Below the pieces are notes generated by a model. That model ran no database searches. It was given only the letters and a program-made list of their open reading frames with translations, and was not told the DNA's origin. Of a stretch of DNA of 64,000 nt, positions 39,801 through 49,852 are shown in pieces. The stretch's first letter is position 1; every line of letters starts with the position of its first letter. The translations under genes were made by a program, and so were the position numbers. The stretch lies in assembly GCA_903910705.1 (NCBI GenBank), contig CAIWAN010000104.1:2453-66452 (forward strand), written 5' to 3'. Source of the DNA: an uncultured Candidatus Marinamargulisbacteria bacterium (GTDB lineage Bacteria; Margulisbacteria; Riflemargulisbacteria; GWF2-35-9).

Positions 39801-40514
39801 ATGCATATTTTTGTTGAGGATGTTTCAGGAGATAGTGTATGGGTTTTAGGTGACGACGCCCACCACCTTGTGGCTGTTCGACGTGTTCGATGTGGTGAGG
39901 TACTTCCACTAATCGAAGCGTCAGGTGAGCACTGGGCATTAGGTCGTATCTCCCGAGTATTAAAACATGAGGTTGAGTTCATTGTTGAATCAAGACAAAC
40001 AAAGCCGAAGCCGACAACCCCAAGACTAAGGTTAGTCCCCTCCATCCTTAAACGAGCCGCCATGGAAACCGTGCTTCAACGCTCGGTGGAGTTGGGGGTT
40101 CATTCGATTGTTCCGCTAAGGGCGAGTCGCTCGATCCCGGATACGGTCAATGAAAAACGATGGGGGTCTATCGTAAAGGAAGCGTCAATGCAAAGTCATC
40201 GTTATCAGATCCCCTCTATTGAGAAACCTCGCTCGTTGCCGGAACTGGTTGCTAGCGATGAGGCTTCGATGATTGTTTTGACGACACAAACAACGAGCCT
40301 TGATTTGAAAACGTGGGTGGATTCGCAAGAAAATCGCCCTTCATCCATTGGGATTCTTGTCGGTCCCGAGGGTGGTTGGACTTCTGCAGAAGAAGCACTT
40401 TTTCTTCAGAAGGGGTGGGGGCTTGTTTCTTTTGGGGCGAGTATTATGAGGGCGGACACGGCAAGCCTGAGTGTGCTTTCAGCTTTACGCTATGCCTATC
40501 ACACGGTATCATAA
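39801..40514 (+). CDS. rsmE: 16S rRNA (uracil1498-N3)-methyltransferase
   Basis: MHIFVED start. C-terminal ILVGPEGGWTSAEEALFLQKGWGLVSFGASIMRADTA SPOUT motif. Start chosen at the ATG at 39801; the ORF-track version is extended upstream. Confidence 0.8.
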   Translation: MHIFVEDVSGDSVWVLGDDAHHLVAVRRVRCGEVLPLIEASGEHWALGRISRVLKHEVEFIVESRQTKPKPTTPRLRLVPSILKRAAMETVLQRSVELGVHSIVPLRASRSIPDTVNEKRWGSIVKEASMQSHRYQIPSIEKPRSLPELVASDEASMIVLTTQTTSLDLKTWVDSQENRPSSIGILVGPEGGWTSAEEALFLQKGWGLVSFGASIMRADTASLSVLSALRYAYHTVS

Positions 40515-40522
40515 ACAGTAAG

Positions 40523-41791
40523 ATGGCTGTCGATAACATCATTTTGTTTGAAGATGGACGAGTGGCGCCATTTTTCCCGCTTCTTTATCCGCGTGCCGTT
40601 TTTGAGCTTAAAGTAGGGATGATGTCAGCCCTTGAGCGGACACACGTGTTCTTTCCGGATGCTAAATATAATTTGATGACTCGCGAAACGCTAAAACCCC
40701 TTCTTAGCCAACGATATCCTAAATATTTTATCAACAACCCCAACGTGGGACTAAAGGCCCTCGTCCTTAATGGTCGAGCGCTTCTTTCAGAGGCGTTGGT
40801 TTCAGTGTTGCAAGCCCCGTCTGATGATCAGATCGTTATCGTTCACGACCAAGAGTGGGTGGCAGGGCAGCTTCAGGGCGAGACCTTGATCCAATTTCTG
40901 AAGGTTGCAAACGAGACCACGTATGATGCCGAGGCGCTCTTTGAGTTTATTCGAAAACGTCCAGAGATTCGCATCGTTGATCATCCCACGCTTTGCTTTA
41001 AGTCGTTGGGTGAAATGATCAAACGAAATGGCGAGGTCATTAACTCAGACTTTACGCTGATGAACAAAGGGGGGCTCATTTTGGGTGAACTCTCACGCCT
41101 TGTAGAAATGACGAATGAAGCCCGTATCCATGTTGGCAAAAGAACACACATCGGTCCTTTTGTTCATATCGATGCGTCGAAAGGGGCTGTTTATATTGGA
41201 GAAGATGTGGTCATTAAGGCCAATGTCGTTATTGAAGGCCCAGTGTTTATTGACGACCATGTGATCATTCAACCTGCATTTGTAAGAGGCAACTCGTCGA
41301 TTGGTCATCATTGTCGCGTGGGGGGTGAGATTGAGGGCACGATCATGCTGCCGTATTCAAATAAATATCATGCGGGGTTTGTGGGGCATTCCTATCTGGG
41401 TGAATGGGTTAATCTGGGAGCGATGACAACCACTAGCGACCTAAAAAATACGTACGGAACGATTCAACTGCAAATGGGTCGGAGTCGTATTGATACGCAG
41501 CAACAATTTCTGGGCAGCTTTATCGGGGATCATGTAAAAACGGGGATCGGAACCCTTTTGTCGACGGGTTCGGTGGTTGGGTTCGGCGCGATGTTGGCTA
41601 CGGGCGGATTGGTTTCTTCGTGGACGCCTTCGTTTAGTTGGTTAACATCAAATAAATTTGAACGATATGACCTCAATAAGTTCCTTGAAACAACTGCTCG
41701 GGTTTGGCTCAGACGGGGCCGCACTTTGCTGCCGCACGATAGGGCTTTTCTAGAAGCCCTTTATCGACAAACCGAAGCAGAATTCACTTAA
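40523..41791 (+). CDS. nucleotidyltransferase-like / left-handed beta-helix (hexapeptide repeat) protein, GlmU-like architecture
   Basis: Start MAVDNIILFEDGRVAPFFPL at the ATG at 40523, just after the rsmE stop. C-terminal hexapeptide repeats VIKANVVIEGPVFIDDHVIIQPAFVRGNSSIGHHCRVGGEIEGTIM. About 422 aa. Confidence 0.5.
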   Translation: MAVDNIILFEDGRVAPFFPLLYPRAVFELKVGMMSALERTHVFFPDAKYNLMTRETLKPLLSQRYPKYFINNPNVGLKALVLNGRALLSEALVSVLQAPSDDQIVIVHDQEWVAGQLQGETLIQFLKVANETTYDAEALFEFIRKRPEIRIVDHPTLCFKSLGEMIKRNGEVINSDFTLMNKGGLILGELSRLVEMTNEARIHVGKRTHIGPFVHIDASKGAVYIGEDVVIKANVVIEGPVFIDDHVIIQPAFVRGNSSIGHHCRVGGEIEGTIMLPYSNKYHAGFVGHSYLGEWVNLGAMTTTSDLKNTYGTIQLQMGRSRIDTQQQFLGSFIGDHVKTGIGTLLSTGSVVGFGAMLATGGLVSSWTPSFSWLTSNKFERYDLNKFLETTARVWLRRGRTLLPHDRAFLEALYRQTEAEFT

Positions 41792-42361
41792 CTATTTTTC
41801 GGAGGCGACCAAGCTTTCAAGCTTAGCTAGAAAACGCTCGAGATCAACCTTCTCTGTCTTTTTTGGGCCAAGACTCATGGCTAGCATCCAGTCAGCTTTT
41901 GCTTGTTCATATTGGCCGAGCATATAATAACCGGACCCTCTACGAATCCACGAGAGCGTATTCTTTGGGGCAACCTTAATAACGGAATTACATTCTTCAA
42001 TGGTAAGCCAATACTTCGCCTCATAAAAGTAGACTAAGGCGAGATTGAGGTGACGAGAAATGTAGTCCATGGTTCCACCTGACAATTCCTCAGATACGGT
42101 TGGTTTCTTCTCGGTCGCCATTTTTTCAAGCATGTCATTCATTTTCTTTCGGGCAGAATCTTCCTTTTTCTGAATAACATATTCCATTTCATCGGCAGCC
42201 GTCGGGTTATCATCGACAAACTTCTTCAGCGATTCAATCAGCATCCGTTGGTCATCAATACCGGTAATCTCTGCTCCCACAGGGGTGGTTTCGCTCATCC
42301 CCATAGAACCCAAACATAGGGCGACTAATATTCCAATGACTAATGGTGACTTCTTTATCAT
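41792..42361 (-). CDS. secreted/lipoprotein TPR-repeat protein
   Basis: Signal peptide with lipobox-like MIKKSPLVIGILVALCLGSMG. TPR-like helices (ALVYFYEAKYWLTIEECNSVIKVAPKNTLSWIRRGSGYYMLGQYEQAKADWMLAMSL). 189 aa. Confidence 0.4.
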   Translation of the reverse strand: MIKKSPLVIGILVALCLGSMGMSETTPVGAEITGIDDQRMLIESLKKFVDDNPTAADEMEYVIQKKEDSARKKMNDMLEKMATEKKPTVSEELSGGTMDYISRHLNLALVYFYEAKYWLTIEECNSVIKVAPKNTLSWIRRGSGYYMLGQYEQAKADWMLAMSLGPKKTEKVDLERFLAKLESLVASEK

Positions 42362-42379
42362 GACGATCCTCCGTATTTT

Positions 42380-43612
42380 TTATTTAGCCTTCTCTGGATG
42401 GTTAATGAGCTCCATCAAGTGAAGGACGTTCGTGTTGTCGACGAACCGTGCAAGGAGCGGTTTGATCTCGATGGCAGCTTTATCGGTCTCGCCTCGCACA
42501 ACCATGGCTTTGATCCGAGAATAGTCGGGCCATATGGCTCTCTCGGCTTCAAGACTGAGTCCGAGTTTGTCGCTTAATTGTTCAAGCTTCTTGAGCTTGG
42601 CTATCTTTTTTACGACGTCTTCGTCATTGGGATTTAGGATATAGGCTTTTTTCATGTCTTCAAGGGCGAGCAGGAAGAACCCTTCTCGGTATTTTTCTAT
42701 GCCCGTTGCATGCCAATCGGAGGCCACATTTTGTTGAAGGTCATTGATGATCTGCCCAATTCCGAGATTAATCGAAAATCGATTGTTGGCACCGAGCTCA
42801 CTATTGGAGTAAGCATAATCAAAACGAAGCCCAGCGAGTTCACTGCTAAAGCCAAAATTAGTGGACTCATAGTTTAACCCCCCGCGGATCGTAAGCAACG
42901 GGTGAAGTTGATATTCTGCGCCCAAAAACCACGTGTTGGCGTCGTTCTCCAGATCATAAGAGAGGCAAAAGCCTTTATCCCGAAAGGCGACACCGCCACG
43001 AATAACGGGGGTAAACTTGTCCGTGGAAAATTTATCCATTTGATAATCAAGGATATTTTGAACCGTGCCTGCGATGGTCAGAAAGGATAAGGGCCGAAAC
43101 ATGACACCCAAATCGCCCACAATCCGAGCATCCGTATTCGTGTATAACGTGCGGGTTACATACTTTACAGAGGTGCCAATAGAGAGGTTCGGCAATAATA
43201 TGGGTTGGGCATACGAAAGTCCCATCGAGGTCTTTGAGTCATAAAACGTCCCCTGAGCGACGTTATATTGATCACGAAGTTCCATGGGTGAAGATTGAAG
43301 CGATACATACGAAAAACCGATATGATTATCCACCATAGGAATGACACAGTTAAATGCGGTAAGCTGATACTCGCCGAATAAGTCGGATTGAAAAAAACTT
43401 CCTTCGATATTTCCGATCTGTAACATTCCGGCCGGATTGCTGTATACCGCAGACGAATCGTTTGCCACAGCGACAAAGGCACTGCCCATCCCAATGCTTC
43501 GAGCACTGGCACCGTAACTCAGAAAGGCACTGGGTTGTCCCCCGTTAAGGCTAAAGCCAAACGAGAAAAGAAAAGCACTGAAAATACATAATTTAATTTT
43601 TGTGTTCAACAT
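42380..43612 (-). CDS. FadL/PorV-like outer-membrane beta-barrel protein with C-terminal helical extension
   Basis: Signal peptide MLNTKIKLCIFSAFLFSFGFS. N-terminal hatch-like motif SARSIGMGSAFVAVANDSSAVYSNPAGM (NPA motif as in FadL/PorV/PorQ). Beta-strand pattern over about 300 aa, then a roughly 100-aa charged helical tail. Confidence 0.35.
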   Translation of the reverse strand: MLNTKIKLCIFSAFLFSFGFSLNGGQPSAFLSYGASARSIGMGSAFVAVANDSSAVYSNPAGMLQIGNIEGSFFQSDLFGEYQLTAFNCVIPMVDNHIGFSYVSLQSSPMELRDQYNVAQGTFYDSKTSMGLSYAQPILLPNLSIGTSVKYVTRTLYTNTDARIVGDLGVMFRPLSFLTIAGTVQNILDYQMDKFSTDKFTPVIRGGVAFRDKGFCLSYDLENDANTWFLGAEYQLHPLLTIRGGLNYESTNFGFSSELAGLRFDYAYSNSELGANNRFSINLGIGQIINDLQQNVASDWHATGIEKYREGFFLLALEDMKKAYILNPNDEDVVKKIAKLKKLEQLSDKLGLSLEAERAIWPDYSRIKAMVVRGETDKAAIEIKPLLARFVDNTNVLHLMELINHPEKAK

Positions 43613-43764
43613 GTTCCCCCCACGGTCACGTTTTTGTTTTACTCTCAGATACGAGTATTCCCTCTGAAAAATTTCTTAAACATATTTTTATAAAATAGTT
43701 GAAATAGCAGAAAGATCCCTAAAAAGGAGGGTGAAAGATTAAGGGTTATTTTCCGAAAAGAGGT

Positions 43765-45627
43765 TTATCGAAGCAGCGTATCAAAGGCCTCGCCATCAAG
43801 AACTTCTTTCTCAATGAGAATGGCTTCGATCTTAACAAGTTTCGCTTTATTGGTTTTGATAATGGCTAAAGCGGCTTGATAGGCATCATCAAGAAGAGTG
43901 GATATTTTGTTGTCGATCTTTTCAGCACTTGATTCGCTGTAATCTTTGGCATGATCGTACATATCGCGTCCCATGAAGACGTTTTCTTGGTTTCGGCCAA
44001 AGGTTCGGTTGCCGAGATCCGTCATGCCATACTCACACACGATCTGATGCGCAATTTTGGTGGCTCGTTGGATGTCATTGCTCGCACCGGTTGTGATCTC
44101 ATCGAAGAAGGTTTCCTCGGCACATCGACCGCCCATTAATATCGTAATCTCGTTTAAGAGTTCGTTTTTGGAGACAAGATATTTATCCTTTTCGGGTAAT
44201 TGCAGCGTATATCCGAGTGCAAGCCCTCGAGGAAGAATCGAGATCTTATGAACAGGGTCGGTTCCTTTTAACATTTTGGCGACAATTGCATGGCCTAGTT
44301 CGTGGTAAGCCACGATATGTTTTTCTTGTTCGCTCATGACTTTGCTCTTTTTCTCCGGGCCGGCAATAACTCGGTCGATCGATTCTCCGATTTCACTGTT
44401 CCCAATGGTCTTTTTGTTGCGTCGAGCAGACAACAGTGCCGCCTCATTGATCAGATTGGCGAGGTCGGCACCCGAAAACCCTGCCGTTCGGCGTGCGATC
44501 ACGTCGAGATCAACGTCTTTGGCTAGTTTTTTCTTGTCTTTATGAATGGCTAAGATTTGTTGGCGACCAATAAGGTCCGGTTTATCAATCACAATTTGAC
44601 GATCGAAACGCCCCGGTCGAAGTAAGGCTTTGTCTAAAATATCAGGACGATTGGTGGCTGCGATAACAATGACACTTGATTTGTCATCAAACCCATCCAG
44701 CTCAACCAGGAGTTGATTTAAGGTCTGTTCCCGCTCGTCATGGCCCCCGCCCACACCGGATCCTCGGTGACGACCCACGGCATCCATTTCGTCGATAAAG
44801 ATGATGGAAGGCTGAGTTTTCTTGGCTTGAACAAATAGATCCCGAACCCGACTCGCGCCCACGCCCACGAACATTTCAACGAATTCGGAGGCGCTTATAC
44901 TATAAAAGGCAACATTCGCCTCACCCGCTATCGCTTTTGCAAGCAATGTTTTACCGGTTCCTGGTGGCCCCATCAGCAAGACGCCGCGTGGGATCTTGGC
45001 GCCGATCTTTAGGAATTTATCGGGCGTTTTGAGAAAGTCGACGATTTCCTGAAGTTCCTCGACAGCTTCTCCAATGCCGCCCACATCCTTGAAGGTTGTC
45101 TTTTTGTTTTCGTCTTTTTTCCATGTTTTGGCTCGGCTTCGACCAAAGGACATCGCTTGGCTGTTGGCGCCTTGGGCCTGCCGGAAGATAAAAAACCAGA
45201 TACCGATAATGATAACAAACGGTATCACTTGAATGAGAATATTGATGAGCAGGCTGTTATCTTCGTGTCGAATCGTGACCCGAACCCCGTTGATCCGAAG
45301 CCGTTCAAGTAGCCCTGAATCCATGACGATATTGGTGCGAAACTTGACGCCATTTAGGTAGGTACCTGTCGCGGAAGACGAGGCATTGTTTATAGAGACA
45401 TCTTTGATCTGCTTGGCGTCAATGGCATTAATGAGGTCGGAATAGATGACTTCTTTAAGGTCGGCTGTTTTGTTTTTCATCGGGGCAAAGAGCGACAGGA
45501 CAAACAGAAAAAGAATAAGCGCTAAGAAGAAATTCCGAAAGTTAAAGGACTTTTGTAAGGAGGGCGTGTTTTTCTTTTTTTGTTTGTCGGTGGGTTCGGT
45601 CTTTTTAGGTGCCTTCGGCATGGTCAA
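43765..45627 (-). CDS. ftsH: ATP-dependent zinc metalloprotease FtsH
   Basis: Two N-terminal TMs. AAA Walker [22 protein letters not shown]. Zn site HELGHAIV. 620 aa. Confidence 0.95.
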   Translation of the reverse strand: MTMPKAPKKTEPTDKQKKKNTPSLQKSFNFRNFFLALILFLFVLSLFAPMKNKTADLKEVIYSDLINAIDAKQIKDVSINNASSSATGTYLNGVKFRTNIVMDSGLLERLRINGVRVTIRHEDNSLLINILIQVIPFVIIIGIWFFIFRQAQGANSQAMSFGRSRAKTWKKDENKKTTFKDVGGIGEAVEELQEIVDFLKTPDKFLKIGAKIPRGVLLMGPPGTGKTLLAKAIAGEANVAFYSISASEFVEMFVGVGASRVRDLFVQAKKTQPSIIFIDEMDAVGRHRGSGVGGGHDEREQTLNQLLVELDGFDDKSSVIVIAATNRPDILDKALLRPGRFDRQIVIDKPDLIGRQQILAIHKDKKKLAKDVDLDVIARRTAGFSGADLANLINEAALLSARRNKKTIGNSEIGESIDRVIAGPEKKSKVMSEQEKHIVAYHELGHAIVAKMLKGTDPVHKISILPRGLALGYTLQLPEKDKYLVSKNELLNEITILMGGRCAEETFFDEITTGASNDIQRATKIAHQIVCEYGMTDLGNRTFGRNQENVFMGRDMYDHAKDYSESSAEKIDNKISTLLDDAYQAALAIIKTNKAKLVKIEAILIEKEVLDGEAFDTLLR

Positions 45628-46129
45628 TGGCGTCCTCTCCGTTAATTTCTTTTAAGTACACTGATATGGTATCACGTGATCGTGTTTTTAGGATATGGCC
45701 AGTGTAATTAGCACAGAACGGAAGCTCTCGATGTCCTCGGTCGACGAGAACGGCCAGTTCGATGTGTTGGGGGCGGCCATAGTCAAGGATGTGGTCTATA
45801 GCGGCACGAACAGTTCGGCCATGAAAAAGAACATCATCAACCAAGATAATAGTCTTGTCATCGATAGAATCAGGAAGCCATGTTGCTTGAATTTCACGTG
45901 TAGACCCACTTAGGTTCAGGTCGTCGCGATAAAGCGTAATATCAAGTTTGCCCAGAGAAACGAGCGAGTTGGTTTGGGTTTTAATATATTTTTGTAATCG
46001 CTCCGCAATGGGTACGCCGCCCGACATAATGCCCACCAAGACCAATGAATCAAGGTTGTTGTGGGTCGCCATAATTTGTTCCCCAATATTTTCGATCAGG
46101 GTGTCTATAGAAAGGGCAAGGCGAGTCAT
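45605..46129 (-). CDS. pyrR: bifunctional pyr operon regulator / uracil phosphoribosyltransferase PyrR
   Basis: LVLVGIMSGGVPIAERL, DITLYRDDL, ILVDDVLFHGRTVRAAID and LVDRGHRELP are PyrR/PRTase motifs. Start at MTRLALSIDT (ATG at 46127-46129); the 311-aa ORF-track version is an upstream read-through. Confidence 0.8.
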   Translation of the reverse strand: MTRLALSIDTLIENIGEQIMATHNNLDSLVLVGIMSGGVPIAERLQKYIKTQTNSLVSLGKLDITLYRDDLNLSGSTREIQATWLPDSIDDKTIILVDDVLFHGRTVRAAIDHILDYGRPQHIELAVLVDRGHRELPFCANYTGHILKTRSRDTISVYLKEINGEDAIDHAEGT

Positions 46130-46139
46130 GAGGGCGAGA

Positions 46140-46730
46140 CTATAGAATCCCTTTGGTAGAGGGAATGCCTGTTTCGCGAGGATTAAGGGAAACGGCTGAA
46201 GCGAGGGCCTTGGCGAGGCCTTTAAAGATCGCTTCGATAATATGGTGGGCGTTGTCGCCGCTGAGCATCTTAATGTGAAGAGTAATCCCTGCATGATTAA
46301 CAAAAGCGGCGAAGAATTCTTTGATGAGGGCGACATCAAACTGATGAAGGCCATGTTCGAAAACAACCTCATATTCGAGGTGGGCACGATTGCTGATATC
46401 GAGCGCGATGAGGACGAGTGCTTCGTCCATGGGGGTAAGGTGCGACCCATAACGGGTAATCCCCTTTTTGTCACCCAAGGCTTCGGCGAAAGCCTGCCCC
46501 AGAACAATGCCGAGGTCTTCAGCAAGATGATGCCCGTCAACGTCCGTATCGCCGGTCGCCACCACCGTCAAATCGAAATAGCCATGACGAGCGAACAACT
46601 CGAGCATATGACTCAAAAAAGGAAGGCTTGTTTGGATCGAATGGATCCCCGTGCCATCTAATTCGAGAGTGGTGGTGATAGTTGTTTCTTTGGTTTGACG
46701 ACGAATAGTTGATGGTCTCATGGGTTTCAT
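46140..46730 (-). CDS. hisB: imidazoleglycerol-phosphate dehydratase
   Basis: RQTKETTITTTLELDG...HMLELFARHG...DTDVDGHHLAEDLGIVLG...GDNAHHIIEAIFKGLAKAL are IGPD motifs. Start at MKPMRPST. No other his genes in the window. Confidence 0.85.
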   Translation of the reverse strand: MKPMRPSTIRRQTKETTITTTLELDGTGIHSIQTSLPFLSHMLELFARHGYFDLTVVATGDTDVDGHHLAEDLGIVLGQAFAEALGDKKGITRYGSHLTPMDEALVLIALDISNRAHLEYEVVFEHGLHQFDVALIKEFFAAFVNHAGITLHIKMLSGDNAHHIIEAIFKGLAKALASAVSLNPRETGIPSTKGIL

Positions 46731-46731
46731 T

Positions 46732-47790
46732 TTACGGGGTGGGAGCGAGGTCGTCAAATAGTCTCGGTGATTCGGCCGTTGGAGGACGATGCGTATATTT
46801 CTTTCCAAGGTGCTTATAGGCGTTGGCTGTGGCGACGCGGCCTCGAGAGGTTCGGTCGATGAGGCCGAGTTGCAATAAGTAGGGCTCAAATACATCTTCG
46901 ATGGTGTTCGCATCCTCGGAGGTGGCGGCGGCGAGGGTGTCTAAGCCAACGGGCCCCCCATTAAACTTTTCGATAAGGGTTAGCATAAAGCGACGGTCTG
47001 CTTCATCAAGCCCCATGCTGTCGACCCCTAGGGCTGCCAAGGTTTCATCGACGATGGCGATTGAGATATGACTCAACTTTTGAACTTGAGCCCAGTCGCG
47101 AACCCGCTTTAATAGGCGAATCGTAATGCGAGGGGTTCCACGGCTGCGGCGGGCAAGGGCAAGACCGGCTTCTTTTTCGAGGGTAAACCCAAGGGTAAGG
47201 GCCGAATGATGAAGGATTTGCCATAACTCGTCATCGGTATAAAAGTTCAACTTGGCGACATAACCGAAACGATCTCGAAGCGGACTCGAGAGCATTCCTG
47301 CTTTGGTTGTCGCGCCGATAAGGGTAAACGGTGGGACATCGAGGCGAATAGAGCGCGCAGACGGCCCTTTGCCAATGATGATGTCGAGCTTAAAGTCTTC
47401 CATCGACGGATATAAGATCTCCTCAACACTTCGATTGAGTCGATGGATCTCGTCGATAAAAAGAATATCGTGTTCTTGAAGATTCGTCAGGATGGCCGCC
47501 AAATCGCCCGGCTTCTCGATCGCGGGTCCAGAGGTGGTTTTGACGTGAACCCCCATTTCGTGGGCGATGATGTTGGCGAGGGTGGTTTTGCCCAGCCCCG
47601 GTGGGCCATAAAACAGGCAATGGTCGATGGTTTCGCCCCGTTCCTTTGCGGCTTGGATAAGAATTTGTAGGTTGTTCTTGATACCGTCTTGCCCGATATA
47701 CTGGGCAAAGGTCTTGGGTCGAAGGGAGGTCTCGACGATAGGGTCTTCGGCGGTCTCGGAGGGGGTGGTAATGAGGTCGTTGTTGGTCAT
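46732..47790 (-). CDS. ruvB: Holliday junction branch-migration helicase RuvB
   Basis: Walker [20 protein letters not shown], sensor motifs and a winged-helix C-terminus. 352 aa. Confidence 0.9.
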   Translation of the reverse strand: MTNNDLITTPSETAEDPIVETSLRPKTFAQYIGQDGIKNNLQILIQAAKERGETIDHCLFYGPPGLGKTTLANIIAHEMGVHVKTTSGPAIEKPGDLAAILTNLQEHDILFIDEIHRLNRSVEEILYPSMEDFKLDIIIGKGPSARSIRLDVPPFTLIGATTKAGMLSSPLRDRFGYVAKLNFYTDDELWQILHHSALTLGFTLEKEAGLALARRSRGTPRITIRLLKRVRDWAQVQKLSHISIAIVDETLAALGVDSMGLDEADRRFMLTLIEKFNGGPVGLDTLAAATSEDANTIEDVFEPYLLQLGLIDRTSRGRVATANAYKHLGKKYTHRPPTAESPRLFDDLAPTP

Positions 47791-47796
47791 GGTTAA

Positions 47797-48633
47797 TTAT
47801 TGTATCACAGACATTGTAGCTTCCGCATGATACGAACTTCTCACCAAAGGCCCCGCGATAACCTTTAACCCCAAGGATTCGCCCAGTTTTTTGTAATGTT
47901 CATATTCGCTGGGGTCGACGATGCGATCGACGGGGTAGGATTTTTTTGAGGGGGCCAAATATTGTCCGATGGTCAGAATCTGAACCGGAAGGCTAGCGAC
48001 CTCACGAATGAGCACCTCGACCTCGTCGGGGTTTTCCCCGAGTCCCACCATAATGCCCGTTTTCAATATTTGATGAGGAGCCCGTGTAGAGACGTGTTTC
48101 AACAGGTTGCTTGACCGCACATAATCCCCTTCAGGTCGGATCATCGGAAATAATCGGGGCACCATTTCGAGGTTATGATTAAACACGGTGGGCTGTGCAT
48201 CAACAACGACAGAAATAGCGTTTTCCTCACCCTTAAAATCGGGCACAAGAACCTCGATCTTTACCGTGGGATGAGCGTGACGAATAGCGGTCATGACGGC
48301 AACAAAGTGACCCGCACCGCCGTCAGGCAAATCATCACGGGTGACAGACGTTAAGACCACGTATTGTAAGTTGAAGTGGGCGATGGTTTCTAGGATCGCC
48401 TCGATCTCATCATCGGGAGTCTCGCCCTGAGAGCCATGATTTACCGCGCAAAACTTGCAATGTCGGGTACAGGTGTCGCCGAGCAGCAGAAAGGTAACGG
48501 TTTTCTGACTAAAACATTCGCCGCGATTGGGACACTTAGCCGATTCGCACACGGTATTCACGGGGCGGGGTAAGTCGCCAAGTTGGAAACGATGCTTTCG
48601 AATGGGGTTAATAAGGAAGGCAGGGAGGGTCAT
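47797..48633 (-). CDS. lipA: lipoyl synthase
   Basis: Radical-SAM CTRHCKFCAV plus an N-terminal auxiliary cluster CESAKCPNRGEC. Start taken at MTLPAFL. Confidence 0.85.
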   Translation of the reverse strand: MTLPAFLINPIRKHRFQLGDLPRPVNTVCESAKCPNRGECFSQKTVTFLLLGDTCTRHCKFCAVNHGSQGETPDDEIEAILETIAHFNLQYVVLTSVTRDDLPDGGAGHFVAVMTAIRHAHPTVKIEVLVPDFKGEENAISVVVDAQPTVFNHNLEMVPRLFPMIRPEGDYVRSSNLLKHVSTRAPHQILKTGIMVGLGENPDEVEVLIREVASLPVQILTIGQYLAPSKKSYPVDRIVDPSEYEHYKKLGESLGLKVIAGPLVRSSYHAEATMSVIQ

Positions 48634-49799
48634 TTGATAGTCTTTACTAGGTTTCGCAATCCGTTCCAGTTGACGATGACACACTCTTTATAGCTGAAAT
48701 GTTCTTTCTCGCCACCATATACAACGATTTTATTGGCCTGTTCGCCGTATAATTTTTCAAAATAATGAATTCCCGCTAGAAACTTATCGTTGAAGGTCGC
48801 AGAGGTTTTTACTTCAATAAGATCAACACCATTTGATTTCTCAAGAACAAAGTCGACTTCATTGCCTTGATGGTCACGAAAGAAATAAATATTGTCTGGA
48901 ATGGATTGATTGTAATGTTGTTTTAAGAGCTCTGAATAGACAAATGTTTCATAAACTGCCCCCCGCAATGGGTGAGAGGTGAGCTGGTCGACACTATAGA
49001 TGTTGAGCAGAAAACAGAGAAGTCCGGTGTCTAAAAAGTATATTTTCGGGTTCTTAATAACCCGCTTGTTGATGTTTTTATAATAGGGTCGTACGGTTTT
49101 AAGAATGTAGCTAGCCTCTAAAACAGAAATCCAACTTTTAATCGTATTATGACTAGTGCCACATTCGTTTCCCAGTGTTGTCGTGTTCAAGATTTGTCCG
49201 CTTCTGCCGGCGATAAGTTTCAAGAAAACTTCAAACTGGGACATATCTTTGATATTAATGAGTTGTCGTACGTCCCGTTCGATGTAGGTGTTTACATAAA
49301 AACGCATCGTTTCTGTTGGGTTTAGTCCTTGGTCATAAATCCTTGGATAAAACCCAGTGAAAAGGAGGTCATTTATCGTTTTGAACGGATGTGTTTTAAA
49401 TATTTCGCTATATTGAAAGGGGAGCAGGGTTATCATGGCGGTTCTACCTGCCAAGGACTGTGATAGTTGTTGCAGCATCTCGAATTGCTGGCTCCCTGTT
49501 AAGATAAACATCCCGTTGATTCTTTTTTTGTCGACTATCGTTTGGATATATGAAAACAAGTCGGGGCATTTTTGTACTTCATCAAGAATGGCTCCGTCAG
49601 GAAATTGGGCCAGAAATCCACGCGGGTCATCGGTTGCATAGCGTCTGGTTTCAATATCTTCCAAAGAAACGTATGGCTTTGATTTAAATAGTTGTTGGCA
49701 TAATGTTGTTTTTCCGGATTGCCTTGGCCCCGTAACGGTCAAAACAGGATATTGCGTTGCCAACCGAGCGGCGATGGGGGATATTTCTCGAGCAAGCAT
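48630..49799 (-). CDS. AAA+ ATPase, DUF4143-containing (COG1373 family)
   Basis: Walker A VLTVTGPRQSGKTTLCQQLF and a C-terminal DUF4143-like region. 389 aa. Confidence 0.7.
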   Translation of the reverse strand: MLAREISPIAARLATQYPVLTVTGPRQSGKTTLCQQLFKSKPYVSLEDIETRRYATDDPRGFLAQFPDGAILDEVQKCPDLFSYIQTIVDKKRINGMFILTGSQQFEMLQQLSQSLAGRTAMITLLPFQYSEIFKTHPFKTINDLLFTGFYPRIYDQGLNPTETMRFYVNTYIERDVRQLINIKDMSQFEVFLKLIAGRSGQILNTTTLGNECGTSHNTIKSWISVLEASYILKTVRPYYKNINKRVIKNPKIYFLDTGLLCFLLNIYSVDQLTSHPLRGAVYETFVYSELLKQHYNQSIPDNIYFFRDHQGNEVDFVLEKSNGVDLIEVKTSATFNDKFLAGIHYFEKLYGEQANKIVVYGGEKEHFSYKECVIVNWNGLRNLVKTIK

Positions 49800-49852
49800 C
49801 GTATTGTTTATTATGGTTGTTTTTTAAAAAAAGTCAATCCAACTTACAAACT

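Noticed and set aside
40313-40522. 70-aa N-terminal extension of the hexapeptide-repeat protein ORF overlapping the rsmE 3' half
   Set aside because: Extension is in a different frame across the conserved rsmE C-terminal motif. A clean ATG (40523) with MAVDNIILFEDG follows the rsmE stop.
43721-43731. Strong plus-strand Shine-Dalgarno-like AAAAAGGAGGG in the ftsH/PorV-like intergenic region
   Set aside because: No plus-strand ORF follows it, the next ATG-initiated plus ORF being at 43951 inside ftsH antisense. Probably a chance purine-rich stretch in the minus-strand promoter region of the OMP gene.
46130-46540. Upstream 137 codons of the 311-aa ORF containing pyrR
   Set aside because: This is read-through antisense/overlap with hisB on the same strand but in another frame. 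PyrR homology begins only at MTRLALSID (46129).
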